A stretch of DNA of 64,000 nt from Candidatus Omnitrophota bacterium (GCA_003528115.1 DOGZ01000017.1:8795-72794); one strand, 5' to 3'; counted from the stretch's first letter, positions 28,654 through 38,517 are shown. Made by a program: numbers and translations. Notes: generated from the letters alone by a model not told the origin.

Positions 28654-29380
28654 TCATGTCTTCCCTTCAGAGGTGGTCACATTCATGAGTGACCGGAGTC
28701 TCGATTTTGCTCAAGGCAGCAAGATTCCAAGGGAGGGAAGATTCAATGCTCAACAGAAAAGTTTCTTGGCCGAGCAACTGGGATTTGTCCCGTCTTTTCT
28801 GGCGGATGTCCGGCAGGTCCATGGCCGCAGGGTGATCCTGGCGACGGAAGAATTTATGCGTAGGAACGATTTTCCTGAAGAAGCGGACGGCTTGGTGACG
28901 AACATTTCCAACGTAGCCCTTGTCATCAGGACAGCGGACTGCCTGCCTGTTTTTATGTATGATACGAAAAGAAAATGTTTAGGGCTTCTTCATGCCGGAT
29001 GGCGTGGGAGTTATCAAAATATCGTTCAGCAAGCCGTGAGTATTATGCGTCAAAATTTTCGTACAGAGCCTCAAGATTTAAAAGCGGCCCTGGGACCCGC
29101 TATTAGGTCATGTTGTTATCAAGTGGGAGGGGAATTTAGAGATTACTTCCCCCGAGAGATTATCCATCGAAACCAGGATGTTTATTTGGATTTGCCGCAG
29201 GTGAATACGCGTCAATTGGTTGAGTTGGGCGTTTGGAAGGAAAATATATTTGACTGCGGACTGTGCACGTGTTGCGATAAGCGATTTTTCTCGTACAGGA
29301 GAGAAGGAAACGAGGCCGGCCGGATGATCTCGCTTATGATGTTACGGGAGACGCCGACGCAAAAATCTTCAAGGAGTTGA
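28637..29380 (+). CDS. pgeF: PgeF/YfiH-family protein
   Basis: QVHG, ADGLVT, TADC, HAGWRG, GPAI..CC, FFSYRRE. Confidence 0.92.
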   Translation: MTPLFDHVFPSEVVTFMSDRSLDFAQGSKIPREGRFNAQQKSFLAEQLGFVPSFLADVRQVHGRRVILATEEFMRRNDFPEEADGLVTNISNVALVIRTADCLPVFMYDTKRKCLGLLHAGWRGSYQNIVQQAVSIMRQNFRTEPQDLKAALGPAIRSCCYQVGGEFRDYFPREIIHRNQDVYLDLPQVNTRQLVELGVWKENIFDCGLCTCCDKRFFSYRREGNEAGRMISLMMLRETPTQKSSRS

Positions 29381-29383
29381 TCC

Positions 29384-29710
29384 ATGTGTATAGTTGTCTT
29401 GATGACCGCCAAAGATGCGGGTGAGGCTGAAAAGATTGTCACCCAACTGGTTGAGGCGAAACTTATTGCTTGTGCAAATATTATCCGAGGTGTCCAATCC
29501 ATCTTTTGGTGGGAAGGTAAAATGGATAAAGCCGATGAGGTCCTGGTGGTGTTAAAGACGCGCAAGACTCTTTTCAAGAAAGTTGAGAAGATGATCAAAT
29601 CCCTGCACAGTTATACTGTCCCCGAGATTATCGCCCTACCTGTTATCGAAGGAAGCAAAGATTATCTGAATTGGATAAAAAATTCCACCGTAAAAGTGAA
29701 GCCGGGATAA
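29384..29710 (+). CDS. cutA: Divalent-cation tolerance protein CutA
   Basis: LIACANI, SIFWWEGK, HSYTVPEII, YLNW. Confidence 0.95.
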   Translation: MCIVVLMTAKDAGEAEKIVTQLVEAKLIACANIIRGVQSIFWWEGKMDKADEVLVVLKTRKTLFKKVEKMIKSLHSYTVPEIIALPVIEGSKDYLNWIKNSTVKVKPG

Positions 29711-29723
29711 TCAGAAAGATTGA

Positions 29724-31280
29724 TTACAGCCCCCGGTCTTTGGGCGACGGAATATTGTTAACCAATCCTGCCTTAAGTCTGAGCCTATCGAGAAAGTCTC
29801 CGAAAGCTTTATTCTTTTTTTCCTGCAAAAGGTCATTGGCGAGCTTTGTTTTCTCCGCTTCAAACTTATCTTGTTCCGCAGGAATAGAGGAATCCCAATG
29901 GAGGATACAATACCCTTGGGGGATCTCAACGACGCTGCTGACCTTTTCTTGTTCAGTTAAACGGAAAGCCGCTTCTTGAAATTCATTGGAGATACCGATT
30001 TGAGGTAAGTATTGACCCCGCGCGAATACAGGCGTTTGATGGATGTCTAATCCCAAGGCCTTGGCGGTTTCTGGGAAATTGTCAAGGCCGCTGGGATTAA
30101 ACGCTTTCTTAATAGATTCAAGATATTCCTTGGCTTTTACGCCGGCGATTTTTTTGGCCTTCATTTGTAAGACGGCTTGATTAACTTTATCTTGGACCTC
30201 CGCATACGGGGGGACATAAGACTCTCTTTTTTCTTTAATTTGGGGGATGAGAAGGCCTTTAGTTGTTTCAAACGGGCCGCTTATCTGATTGACATTGAGC
30301 TGGAAAATTTTATCGATGGTCTCATAAGACCAGCCTAAAGTCAGGACGGGTTGTTCCATGCTGAAAAAACCGGTGGTTCTTACTTCTAGTCCGTTTTTTT
30401 GGGCGACTGCGTGAATATTAGGATTAGAAAGAAGCTCTTCAAAAACGGATTGCGCTTTTTCTCGGATTTCGTCTATTTTTTTCTCGTTTTGTTCGCTTTC
30501 AGGGGGTGGTTGAGTTTTTTGTTGTTGATCGCCGCTTTCAGTCGGAGCGGGTGTTAACTCCGGGGGCGCTTCAGGGAATTCAAAGTGGATGTAATTGATA
30601 TCAACGGTGGGCGGTACAAGGAACTCATGATCATGTTCACGATAATACTGTTGCAATTCATCGGCATTGGTCGTTACCTGATTGCTAAATTGATCAGGAG
30701 AAATAAAGACATAACTGATTTGGATCTTTTCATTGATTTTTTTATATTCTTCAAAGATTTCTTCATCCGCAAGAGAGAGAGAGACCGTTTCTTGGTTAAT
30801 GATTTCCTGAATTTTAAGATTGTCACGAATCCCCTCTTCAAAGTTTCTGGCGGTGATCTTAAAAGCAAAACGGAGGATATCATTATAGAGAAGAGTATCG
30901 AATTGGCCGTCCCTTTGGAAAAAAGGAAATGATTCAATGGTCTTAACGACGCGGTCATCCGGAATTTGGATATGCCTTCTTTTAGCCTCATAAAGGAGGA
31001 TGAGCCGGTCCCAGGTTTGGTTTTCTAAATTAAGAAATTGTTTGAAGGATTGATAATTTTTCCCATAGTTTAACATCGCCTGGATATCGGTATGGTGATA
31101 GACCTGTTTAAATTCTTCCAAAGACACGTTCTTACCGAAGACTTTTCCGGCAACATCCTGATTTGAATTGCTGTTCAATAGGTAGGCAGTTCCGAAAAAT
31201 CCAAAGGAAATTATTATCAAAATAGCTATAATCCATATGATTTTTTTGGCAAGGCCCTTTTTGCGTAAGATGTTGAGCAT
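29724..31280 (-). CDS. PpiD/SurA-like membrane-anchored periplasmic chaperone
   Basis: MLNILRK + TM, SurA_N-like region (FQRDGQFD), degenerate parvulin segments (ISGPFET, VSSVVEIPQGY). Confidence 0.8.
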   Translation of the reverse strand: MLNILRKKGLAKKIIWIIAILIIISFGFFGTAYLLNSNSNQDVAGKVFGKNVSLEEFKQVYHHTDIQAMLNYGKNYQSFKQFLNLENQTWDRLILLYEAKRRHIQIPDDRVVKTIESFPFFQRDGQFDTLLYNDILRFAFKITARNFEEGIRDNLKIQEIINQETVSLSLADEEIFEEYKKINEKIQISYVFISPDQFSNQVTTNADELQQYYREHDHEFLVPPTVDINYIHFEFPEAPPELTPAPTESGDQQQKTQPPPESEQNEKKIDEIREKAQSVFEELLSNPNIHAVAQKNGLEVRTTGFFSMEQPVLTLGWSYETIDKIFQLNVNQISGPFETTKGLLIPQIKEKRESYVPPYAEVQDKVNQAVLQMKAKKIAGVKAKEYLESIKKAFNPSGLDNFPETAKALGLDIHQTPVFARGQYLPQIGISNEFQEAAFRLTEQEKVSSVVEIPQGYCILHWDSSIPAEQDKFEAEKTKLANDLLQEKKNKAFGDFLDRLRLKAGLVNNIPSPKDRGL

Positions 31281-31353
31281 GATCTCTCCTTAACTAAATC
31301 ATTCAAAAGAATAGGGGGGGAAATAATAAGTGCATGTGAAATTGATGGAGGCG

Positions 31354-31382
31354 ATTATATATATGAAACGGGTGTTTGACAA
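31354..31382 (-). promoter_or_regulatory. Putative sigma70 promoter of the PpiD-like gene
   Basis: Minus strand reads TTGTCA-17 nt-TATAAT. Confidence 0.7.
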
Positions 31383-31384
31383 GG

Positions 31385-31542
31385 AATTTCCAGCCCTTCC
31401 GCCCCCCCTTGTTTTATTCCCCCTCAAATTAGAAAATAATTTCTCCTTAAATATATCGACGATTGCTACCTATGGAGGAGGCCTTGTTCGTCGAAGAAAA
31501 ACTTTTCTAATTCGAACAAGGGCAGAGAAGGGAAAAGAAATT
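31385..31542. repeat. Long (about 160 bp) nested imperfect inverted repeat
   Basis: Nested arms AATTTC/GAAATT, CCCTTC/GAAGGG, CCTTGTT/AACAAGG, AATTAGAAAA/TTTTCTAATT, TCGACGA/TCGTCGA. Confidence 0.7.
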
Positions 31543-31546
31543 AGTC

Positions 31547-31575
31547 TTTACAAGTGAAATGGGCCTCGTTATAAT
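31547..31575 (+). promoter_or_regulatory. Putative sigma70 promoter of hisG
   Basis: TTTACA-17 nt-TATAAT. Confidence 0.7.
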
Positions 31576-31636
31576 ACCGCTTCATTATCAGATTCTTTGT
31601 GGTCAATTTTTAAATAACAGAGAAGATATTTAAGAA

Positions 31637-32521
31637 ATGGATGGAATGAAAAAGCTAAAATTAGGTTTACCTAAGGGGAGTTTGCAGGAAGCCACCATTA
31701 AGGTCTTTGAACGGGCCGGTTTTCAGATTTATGTCTCCGGCCGGTCCTATTTCCCAACGATAGATGACGATGAGATCGATCCGGTCCTTTTACGGGCACA
31801 AGAGATGTCCCGTTACGTGGAAGAGGAGGCCTTGGACTGTGGTATTACCGGCGCTGATTGGATCCAGGAAAATAATTCTGATGTGATTTTCTTGGCGGAT
31901 TTGATTTATGCCAAACAGAGCGCGGTAAAGGTTCGTTGGGTTTTAGCTGTTCCTGAAAAGGCCTCGATTAATTCCGTTAAGGATTTAAATGGGAAAAGGA
32001 TTGCCACCGAGCTCGTGAATGTCACAAAGAGTTATTTGAGAAAGAACAAGGTCAAGGCGGATGTTGAATTTAGCTGGGGAGCGACCGAGGCGAAGGTGGC
32101 GGATGGCCTGGTAGATGCGGTGGTTGAGTTAACGGAAACAGGAAGCAGTTTACGGGCTCATAAGTTGCGGATCATTGATACTATTTGTGAATCAACCACG
32201 CAATTTATCGCGAATAAAAAAGCGGCTAAAGATCCATGGAAAAAAAGAAAAATGGATCAGGTTGTGATGCTTTTGAAAGGGGCAATCGCGGCCAGGAATA
32301 TGGTGGGTCTAAAAATGAATGTGGAGAAGAAAAATTTTCAAGAAATTTTAAATCTTCTTACATCTCTTAAAGATCCGACGGTCTCGAGTTTAAGCCGGAA
32401 GGATTGGTTTGCTGTTGAGACCGTTATTGATGAAGGCACTGTGCGGACGTTAATTCCAAAACTTAAAGATGCTGGGGCTCAAGGGATTATAGAATACCCG
32501 TTGAATAAACTCATTCATTAA
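31637..32521 (+). CDS. hisG: ATP phosphoribosyltransferase, long form
   Basis: [30 protein letters not shown]-terminal regulatory domain. Confidence 0.96.
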   Translation: MDGMKKLKLGLPKGSLQEATIKVFERAGFQIYVSGRSYFPTIDDDEIDPVLLRAQEMSRYVEEEALDCGITGADWIQENNSDVIFLADLIYAKQSAVKVRWVLAVPEKASINSVKDLNGKRIATELVNVTKSYLRKNKVKADVEFSWGATEAKVADGLVDAVVELTETGSSLRAHKLRIIDTICESTTQFIANKKAAKDPWKKRKMDQVVMLLKGAIAARNMVGLKMNVEKKNFQEILNLLTSLKDPTVSSLSRKDWFAVETVIDEGTVRTLIPKLKDAGAQGIIEYPLNKLIH

Positions 32522-32553
32522 TTTTGGATTATCCTTGAAATAGGAAAAATTAT

Positions 32554-32655
32554 ATGCCAAGCGGAAAAAAAAGAAAAGCACGTAAAATCAGGACGCACAA
32601 ACGCAAAAAACTAAGAAAAGCTTTGCGACATCTTAAGAAGCGTAAGACCGCGTAA
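32554..32655 (+). CDS. Small basic AURKAIP1/COX24-domain (bS22/mS38-like) protein, below the ORF-track size cut-off
   Basis: MPSGKKRKARKIRTHKRKKLRKALRHLKKRKTA*; AGGA RBS. Confidence 0.85.
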   Translation: MPSGKKRKARKIRTHKRKKLRKALRHLKKRKTA

Positions 32656-32818
32656 TTTGCGTTCTTTTATCCTTAAGGATCAATATTGCAAACCCTCAAT
32701 TTCTGAGGCTTGTTCAGGCAGGATCTTGTGATATTCTATGGGAGAGGCTATTCCTCTACGTGGTGCATTTTTGAGGATGTAACCAGCGCTCTTATAGAGA
32801 AACGTGCTCTTCGATAAG

Positions 32819-33835
32819 ATGAACAAAGGGTTAGTTATGCGACAAACAAAAATTCTTAGTGTTTGTGGCGGTTTTAGTGTTTTATTGATACTGCTATTTT
32901 GCGCTAAGACAGAGGCTTTTTTTTATGAAGATAAAATTGCTGTATCTAAAGGTCTGGCCCATTATGCCATAGGGCAGATGCATGATCTCCTTGGGCAGTC
33001 TGATTTGGCGGTATTAGAATACGAAAAAGCTGTTCAGTTCGATGAAACCAGTCATCTCCTGCACCTAAGACTGGGGACAGATTATGCGCGCTTAAATATG
33101 CTCTCTGAGGCTGAGGCTGAGTTGCAGTTAGTCAATAAATATAACCCCGAAGATTTACAATCCCATTATCTCCTTGCCCTCATTTACTCTACTCAAAAAG
33201 AATACGATAAAGCGGCTGGCGAATATGAGTTTATCCTAAAATCGTTTGCGGTCGCCGAACCTCAAAATATTGAGGTTTATGGATATTTAGGGCAGCTTTA
33301 TTACTCTCAAAGAAAATTTGATCAAGCCATTGAGCAGTTTGAAAGGATTTTGGCTATTGAACCTGAAAATGCCGATGTGATGTATTTGTTAAGTTCCCTC
33401 TATCTTGAAGTCAACAAGAGGGACCTCGCTATTAAACTTTTGAAAAAATCCATTGCGATAGACCCGGAACATGACGGCAGCCTTAACACGCTGGGGTATT
33501 TGTATACTGAAGATAATCATCAGTTGGAAGAAGCTGAAAAATTGATAACCCGTGCGTTGAAACTTAGTCCTGATAATGGAGCTTATCTCGATAGTCTGGG
33601 ATGGGTGTATTATAAAAAAGAAAAATATGAAGAGGCGTTAGAAATTTTAAAAAAAGCAGATGCCGTCTTAAAAGACTCTGTCATTTATGATCATATGGGC
33701 GATGTTTACTATAAGTTGAATCGTTTTGAGGATGCCGTAAAGCATTGGGAGCTTTCGCTGGAGCTCCTGCCCGAACAACAAGAAGTTGCTAAAAAAATTA
33801 ATGATGTTAAAAATTTTCAGGCTAATCTCAAATAG
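32819..33835 (+). CDS. Exported TPR protein
   Basis: Signal-like N-terminus, multiple TPRs, LNTLGY...DSLGWVYY...DHMGDVY; start uncertain (32804/32819/32837). Confidence 0.88.
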   Translation: MNKGLVMRQTKILSVCGGFSVLLILLFCAKTEAFFYEDKIAVSKGLAHYAIGQMHDLLGQSDLAVLEYEKAVQFDETSHLLHLRLGTDYARLNMLSEAEAELQLVNKYNPEDLQSHYLLALIYSTQKEYDKAAGEYEFILKSFAVAEPQNIEVYGYLGQLYYSQRKFDQAIEQFERILAIEPENADVMYLLSSLYLEVNKRDLAIKLLKKSIAIDPEHDGSLNTLGYLYTEDNHQLEEAEKLITRALKLSPDNGAYLDSLGWVYYKKEKYEEALEILKKADAVLKDSVIYDHMGDVYYKLNRFEDAVKHWELSLELLPEQQEVAKKINDVKNFQANLK

Positions 33836-33847
33836 TAACTTTACCTC

Positions 33848-34705
33848 ATGAGCGGCCTTCTCCTTCAGTCTCCTGCCAAAGTCAATCTTTTCCTTAAGAT
33901 TCTTAATAAAAGAGCGGATGGGTACCACAATATCGTTACATTATTTGAACGCGTAGATCTCTGCGATGAGATATTTTTGGATTCTAACAAAATTGGCGAT
34001 ATTCGGATTTTCTGTAACCATCCCCATGTTCCTACCGGGCCTAAAAACCTTGCATACAAAGCCGTTAGAATGCTCCAAAAAGATTTCCGGATAACAGAAG
34101 GTGTTGATATCAGAATCAATAAACGAATCCCCGTGGCCGCGGGGTTAGCCGGGGGGTCAAGCAACGCGGCCACAACTCTATTGGGGTTAAACCGTTTATG
34201 GGGGCTACGTTTGGGATCGAAGAAGTTGTTGTTTTATGCCCGTCAAATTGGAAGCGATGTCCCATTCTTTTTATATAATTGTTCATGGGCTTTAGGTCAG
34301 GGAAGAGGGGATGTCATTAAAAAGATAAATATAAGGACAAAGTTATGGCATATTTTGGTTATTCCTCGAATTAAAATGTATTCTTGGAAAGTCTACGGCG
34401 GCTTGAAATTGAAGTTGACAAAAAAAGATGATGATGTTAATATCCTAATCCATCATTTAAGGAAAAATAATTTAGAAGAGGCTAGACGGCAATTAGTTAA
34501 TGATTTAGAGACTTCCATCATAGAGCTATGCCCGAGACTTGAGAAAATACGGGAAAAATTGAAGTTATTGAACGCCCAGAATGCTATGTTTTCTGGGAGT
34601 GGGCCGTGTGTGTTTGGGATGACTGATTCTGAAAAGGATGGCAAGACCATGGCCGTGATATTGAGGAAACGTTTTAATCAAGTATTTGTCGTTAGAACTC
34701 TTTGA
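33848..34705 (+). CDS. ispE: CDP-ME kinase
   Basis: PAKVNLFL, DGYH, KRIPVAAGLAGGSSNAA, GSDVPFF, SGSG. Confidence 0.96.
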   Translation: MSGLLLQSPAKVNLFLKILNKRADGYHNIVTLFERVDLCDEIFLDSNKIGDIRIFCNHPHVPTGPKNLAYKAVRMLQKDFRITEGVDIRINKRIPVAAGLAGGSSNAATTLLGLNRLWGLRLGSKKLLFYARQIGSDVPFFLYNCSWALGQGRGDVIKKINIRTKLWHILVIPRIKMYSWKVYGGLKLKLTKKDDDVNILIHHLRKNNLEEARRQLVNDLETSIIELCPRLEKIREKLKLLNAQNAMFSGSGPCVFGMTDSEKDGKTMAVILRKRFNQVFVVRTL

Positions 34706-34901
34706 AATTCGTTTTAGAGGATGTGTGGCGGCAAGGGAAATGTTTTTTCCCTTATCGGAATAGGTATTGCGAAAGACTTAAACTCGTTACGAACTTCTTA
34801 AAAGAAATGTTTGGGGCAAGAGATTGACACTTCTAAAGGGATGATAGGCTGAGGAAGTGGCAGTTGAAAAGCGTACCGAAACAAAGGAAGGGGTTGAGGG
34901 G

Positions 34902-35306
34902 ATGGAGATTACAGAAATTCGCATATTTCCTAAAGAAGGACAAGACAAAAAGTTAAAAGCGTATACAACAGTGACATTTGATAATTCCTTTGTTGTTAGA
35001 AACATCAAAGTTATTCAAGGTTCGAGTGGGTTATTTATTGCTATGCCATCTCGAAAAATGAAGACTTCGTGTCCCAAGTGTCATTTTAAAAATGAGATCG
35101 GCAGCAGATTCTGTAATCACTGTGGAACTGCTATCCCATCAGATAATACCCAGACACATGAGGGGGATGATAAGGCAGAACATCGTGACATCGCGCACCC
35201 CATAACTCAGCAATTTCGCGAATATCTGCAAACAAATATCTTAGAGGCCTACAATAAAGAAACCGCTAAAACCATTTCTTCGAGTGGTTCTCCAGAACAA
35301 ACTTGA
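34902..35306 (+). CDS. spoVG: SpoVG-family protein with zinc-ribbon insertion
   Basis: MEITEIRIF...FVVRNIKVI...GLFIAMPSRK...RDIAHPI; inserted CPKC...CNHC. Confidence 0.92.
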   Translation: MEITEIRIFPKEGQDKKLKAYTTVTFDNSFVVRNIKVIQGSSGLFIAMPSRKMKTSCPKCHFKNEIGSRFCNHCGTAIPSDNTQTHEGDDKAEHRDIAHPITQQFREYLQTNILEAYNKETAKTISSSGSPEQT

Positions 35307-35427
35307 TCTAAAATTTTGTCGAAATTAGATAAAGAAGTCCGGATGTGGATTTCCAGAAAAGAGGCTATAGATAAAATGAATCAGGTGCCTCTTAAGATTT
35401 TTTTGTTGCTGAAATAGGATGTTCGAT

Positions 35428-35499
35428 TGCCCGGTGGTGTAATTGGTAACACACGAGAATTTGGATCTCGTTTTCCTGGTTCGAGCCCAGGCTGGGCAG
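35428..35499 (+). tRNA. tRNA-Gln (TTG)
   Basis: Cloverleaf: acceptor TGCCCGG/CTGGGCA, anticodon stem CGAGA/TCTCG with loop ATTTGGA, T arm CCTGG-TTCGAGC-CCAGG; U1-A72 pair; CCA not encoded. Confidence 0.93.
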
Positions 35500-35606
35500 A
35501 TAAATTTGCCGGGTAAAACCCTCAGAATCTTTGTGAGAAGAACATAGATATATAAGGCTATCAATTTTGGTTCTGCTGTTAGGGATGTGACGAAGGGGTG
35601 CGTTTT

Positions 35607-36866
35607 ATGAAAGATTTACGAACGATTATTCTGGCGGCGGGTAAGGGGACAAGAATGAAATCAGCAGTCCCCAAAGTGTTGCAAACAGTTTGCGGACGTC
35701 CGATCATTCAGTATGTTCTGGATATTGCCAAAAATGTCGGTTCTTTGAAAACTTATATTGTTGTCGGTCATAAAAGTGATGACGTAAAAATTTATTTACC
35801 TAAAGAAGTGGTCACTGTTGAACAGAAGCGGTTGTTAGGGACGGCGGATGCTGTTAAGTGTGTGGAAGGGCATCTTAAAAATGACAAGGGGGATGTCCTG
35901 ATATTATGCGGAGATACGCCGCTACTTAATAAAAGAGTCATTGCTGAGCTTATTAGAAAACACCGGCGAACAAAAGCGATAGTCAGTTTCTTGACGGCAA
36001 TTGTCGATCAACCTAAAGGGTATGGCCGCATCTTGCGGGATCAGGCGGGGAGAGCGGTGGCCATTCTGGAAGAAAAAGATGCCAGTGTTCAGCAGCGAGC
36101 AATTAATGAAATTAATGTTGGTGTGTACTGCTTTAATAGCGCAGCGCTGTTTGGGGCGTTAAGAAGCATCAAGATTAATCCAAAGAAACAAGAGTTTTAT
36201 TTAACGGATATTATTGAACTGTTTTCTAAAAGAGGACGGCGGATTGAAACTCTCCGGACAGAAAATCCTGCCGAAGGATTAGGCGTTAATACCAGAGAAG
36301 ATTTGGCCGTTGCCGAGAGAATCTTGCGGCGAAAGATTTTAAAAAAGTTGATGCTTTCCGGGGTGACCATTATTGATCCCCAAACGACGTATATTGATGC
36401 CGATGTGAAAATCGGCAGAGATACGATTATTCGTCCGTGTACTTTTATCGAAAACGATATTCGCATTGGAAAGAACTGTAAGATTGGCCCTTTTGCGCGA
36501 CTAAGGCCAGGGGTGAGGATTGGAGACGAAGTAGAAATTGGGAATTTCACAGAAGTATCGCGCACGAAAATAGGCAAGCAGACTCTTATGAAACATTTTA
36601 GCTATTTAGGCGATTCTTTGGTCGGTTCCAAAGTCAACATAGGGGCAGGGACAATAACCGCTAATTTCGATGGGCAGAAAAAAAATCAAACGATCATCAA
36701 AGATCAAGCTTTTATCGGTTCTGATTCTATTTTAATAGCCCCTGTTAAGGTTGGCAAGAAGGCGATTGTTGGCGCTGGAAGTGTTGTGACAAAAGGAAAG
36801 ATTATTCCAGATGGCAGTATCGTCGTCGGGGTACCTGCTAGGGTCATTGCCAGGAGAAAATTTTAA
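35607..36866 (+). CDS. glmU: Bifunctional GlmU, short form
   Basis: LAAGKGTRMKS, GYGRI, EFYLTD, GPFARLRP, HFSYLGD, NIGAGTIT. Confidence 0.94.
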   Translation: MKDLRTIILAAGKGTRMKSAVPKVLQTVCGRPIIQYVLDIAKNVGSLKTYIVVGHKSDDVKIYLPKEVVTVEQKRLLGTADAVKCVEGHLKNDKGDVLILCGDTPLLNKRVIAELIRKHRRTKAIVSFLTAIVDQPKGYGRILRDQAGRAVAILEEKDASVQQRAINEINVGVYCFNSAALFGALRSIKINPKKQEFYLTDIIELFSKRGRRIETLRTENPAEGLGVNTREDLAVAERILRRKILKKLMLSGVTIIDPQTTYIDADVKIGRDTIIRPCTFIENDIRIGKNCKIGPFARLRPGVRIGDEVEIGNFTEVSRTKIGKQTLMKHFSYLGDSLVGSKVNIGAGTITANFDGQKKNQTIIKDQAFIGSDSILIAPVKVGKKAIVGAGSVVTKGKIIPDGSIVVGVPARVIARRKF

Positions 36867-37816
36867 TGAATGGGATATCCGTCTTTACCGGGAACGCTAA
36901 CCCTCAATTAGCGGAAGATATTTGTAAACAATTGGACGTCTCTTTGACTAAAGTGCTTGTTTCTCGTTTTAGCGAGGGGGAGATCCGGGTTGAGATCAAA
37001 GAAAATATAAGAGGCAAAGATGTTTTTATCATACAGCCGACGTGTCCTCCCACAAACGAAAATTTGATGGAGCTGTTGATTTTGATTGACGCGGCCCGGC
37101 GAGCGTCGGCGCAGCGTATCACCGCGGTTCTCCCGTATTATGGGTATGCCCGTCAGGATCGTAAAGATCAGCCGCGTGTTCCGATTACTGCCAAATTGGT
37201 GGCTAATTTGATTGTCTCGGCAGGGGCGCAACGCGTCTTGACTATGGATTTGCATGCGAATCAAATTCAGGGCTTTTTTGACATACCGGTTGATCATTTA
37301 TACGCTATTAATACGTTGTGTGATTATTTGAGCAGCAAAAAGTTGAAGAATTTGGTGGTGGTCTCGCCTGACGTGGGTGGGATTAAAATGTCGAGAGCGT
37401 ACGCCAAGAGATTAGGCGCGGGATTGGCCATCGTGGATAAACGCCGGTGGAGTCCTGAGAAAACGGAAGTCATGCATATCCTAGGAACAGTAAAGGGAAA
37501 GAATGCGGTGCTGGTCGATGACATTGTGGCCACGGGAGGGTCGTTGATCGAGGCCATTGATGTCCTTACTCAAAAAGGTGTTAAGGATGTCTACGCGACG
37601 GTGAGCCATGGCATTCTTTCGGGAGAGGCGGTTTCCCGCATTAAAAATTGCAAGGCTCTAAAAGAATTAGTAATTACGGATAGCATTCCTTTAACCAAAG
37701 AAAAGCGGGTCTCTAACATCCGCGTTGTTAGTGTCGCACCTCTTTTGGCTGAGGCTATCCGTCGAATACATGGGGAACAGTCTATTAGTTGTTTATTTGA
37801 TGAAACGAGGGCTTAA
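36866..37816 (+). CDS. prs: Ribose-phosphate pyrophosphokinase
   Basis: PYYGYARQDRK, DLHANQIQGFF, VDDIVATGGS. Confidence 0.97.
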   Translation: MNGISVFTGNANPQLAEDICKQLDVSLTKVLVSRFSEGEIRVEIKENIRGKDVFIIQPTCPPTNENLMELLILIDAARRASAQRITAVLPYYGYARQDRKDQPRVPITAKLVANLIVSAGAQRVLTMDLHANQIQGFFDIPVDHLYAINTLCDYLSSKKLKNLVVVSPDVGGIKMSRAYAKRLGAGLAIVDKRRWSPEKTEVMHILGTVKGKNAVLVDDIVATGGSLIEAIDVLTQKGVKDVYATVSHGILSGEAVSRIKNCKALKELVITDSIPLTKEKRVSNIRVVSVAPLLAEAIRRIHGEQSISCLFDETRA

Positions 37817-37818
37817 AA

Positions 37819-38517
37819 ATGGAAGAAATTAAACTGGATGTGCAATTAAGAAATCAGTTAGGAAGTCGGAAAATCAAGAGTATTCGTCGGGAGGGTTTTA
37901 TCCCTGCTATTGTTTATGGCGCGGATGGCGGACCAACACCCATTAAAGTGGAGCAACGCAATTATAAGAAAATCATGCGGCTTCATAAAGGGCAATTTGT
38001 TGTTTTTCATTTGAATGTGTTGGAGGGGAGCAGGAAATTAAAAGATTATTCCGTTATTCTCAAAGAGGAACAACTGGATCCGGTTTCTGAGGAATTGGTT
38101 CATATCGATTTTCACCAGATTTCTTTAACGGAGAAAATTGAGGTTAAAGTCCCCGTTGCTACAAAGGGGGATCCTATCGGCGTGAAACAAGGCGGCGGAA
38201 CCCTCGAGCACGGGTTGTGGGAATTGGATGTGGTTTGTTTACCGACAAATATCCCTGAAAAGATCGAAATCGATGTCAGTCATTTAAATATAGGACAGGT
38301 TATCCATGTCAAAGATGTCATTTTGCCGGAAGGGGTAAGCACGAGGCATGATCCGGAATCTCTGGTTGTCTCGGTCGTTTATTCCATGAAAGAAAAAGAG
38401 ACGGAAGAGGCGGTGACGGAGGCTCCGAACGAACCTGAGGTTATAAAGGCAAAGAAAGAAACCAAAGAAACCAAAGAAGTCAAAGAAGCGGTAGAGGCCA
38501 AACCAAAAGAAAAATAG
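37819..38517 (+). CDS. rplY: 50S ribosomal protein L25/Ctc
   Basis: IRREGFIPAIVYG, HIDF, GVKQGG, PEVIK. Confidence 0.96.
   Translation: MEEIKLDVQLRNQLGSRKIKSIRREGFIPAIVYGADGGPTPIKVEQRNYKKIMRLHKGQFVVFHLNVLEGSRKLKDYSVILKEEQLDPVSEELVHIDFHQISLTEKIEVKVPVATKGDPIGVKQGGGTLEHGLWELDVVCLPTNIPEKIEIDVSHLNIGQVIHVKDVILPEGVSTRHDPESLVVSVVYSMKEKETEEAVTEAPNEPEVIKAKKETKETKEVKEAVEAKPKEK

Noticed and set aside
31330-31557. 75-aa ORF upstream of hisG as a His attenuator leader
   Set aside because: It has only one His, lies upstream of the predicted hisG promoter and spans the palindrome.
32688-32780. GCAAACC...hairpin as a c-di-GMP-I riboswitch
   Set aside because: It lacks the GNRA tetraloop and the second GCAAA/receptor elements.
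38450-38490. AAAGAAACC-type 9-bp tandem repeat in rplY
   Set aside because: It encodes the ordinary low-complexity K-E-T tail of L25.
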